Source: Lama glama
Lineage: Eukaryota
DNA length: 64,000 nt
NCBI GenBank assembly: GCA_028534125.1
Contig: CM052816.1
Span: 5,086,001 to 5,150,000, forward strand
Reading direction: 5' to 3'
This document shows positions 63,843 through 64,000 of the stretch, in pieces (within the stretch, counting starts at the first letter, position 1; each line of letters opens with the position of its first letter). The position numbers were made by a program, and so were the translations under genes. The notes under the pieces were generated by a model that had not been told where the DNA came from, ran no database searches, and saw only the letters and a list, made by a program, of their open reading frames with translations.

Positions 63843-64000
63843 CATCCATCCACCCATCCATCCATCTACCAATTCACCTGTCCATTCATTCTGTTTACCT
63901 GCCTATCCATTCATCTGTATATCCATTCATCCACCTAACCACCCACCTATTCACTTGTCCATTCATTCTATTTGCCTATGCATGCATCTAGCTATCCATC
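63843..64000 (+). repeat. Degenerate (TCCA/CATT)n simple repeat
   Basis: catccatccacccatccatccatc...ccattcattc. Confidence 0.85.

Noticed and set aside
1..64000. CRISPR arrays, operons or prokaryotic defence systems
   Set aside because: The sequence is mammalian; no regularly spaced repeat-spacer array or dense coding structure is present.

Overview
Mammalian genomic DNA, very probably a camelid (camel/alpaca/llama), judged from four Vic-1-type tRNA-derived SINEs. The window holds the 5' end of LARP1 on the minus strand. The main first coding exon (12537-12090, MATQVEPLLPGG...VNGQSPP, phase-1 GT donor) lies in a CpG island. Positions 1-12089 are intron 1, and I found no exon 2 in the window. 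Upstream are a frame-disrupted homologue of the alternative first exon of the human ~1019-aa LARP1 isoform (36152-35968) and a second CpG island (~50850-51500) that looks like a distal LARP1 promoter. Two further ATG-to-GT mini-exons inside intron 1 (8269-8227 and 11633-11543) also end in phase 1. This suggests a set of swappable LARP1 N-termini and is the most interesting signal I can see. The rest is ordinary repeat-rich sequence: L1, L2, MIR, DNA transposons, MaLR/ERVL and two ERV1 solo LTRs with 4-bp TSDs. There is also a small TSD-flanked retrocopy of an mRNA 3' end and two 500-N assembly gaps. Almost all ORFs in the supplied track are spurious. Repeat family names and comparisons with human LARP1 come from memory, not from a database search.
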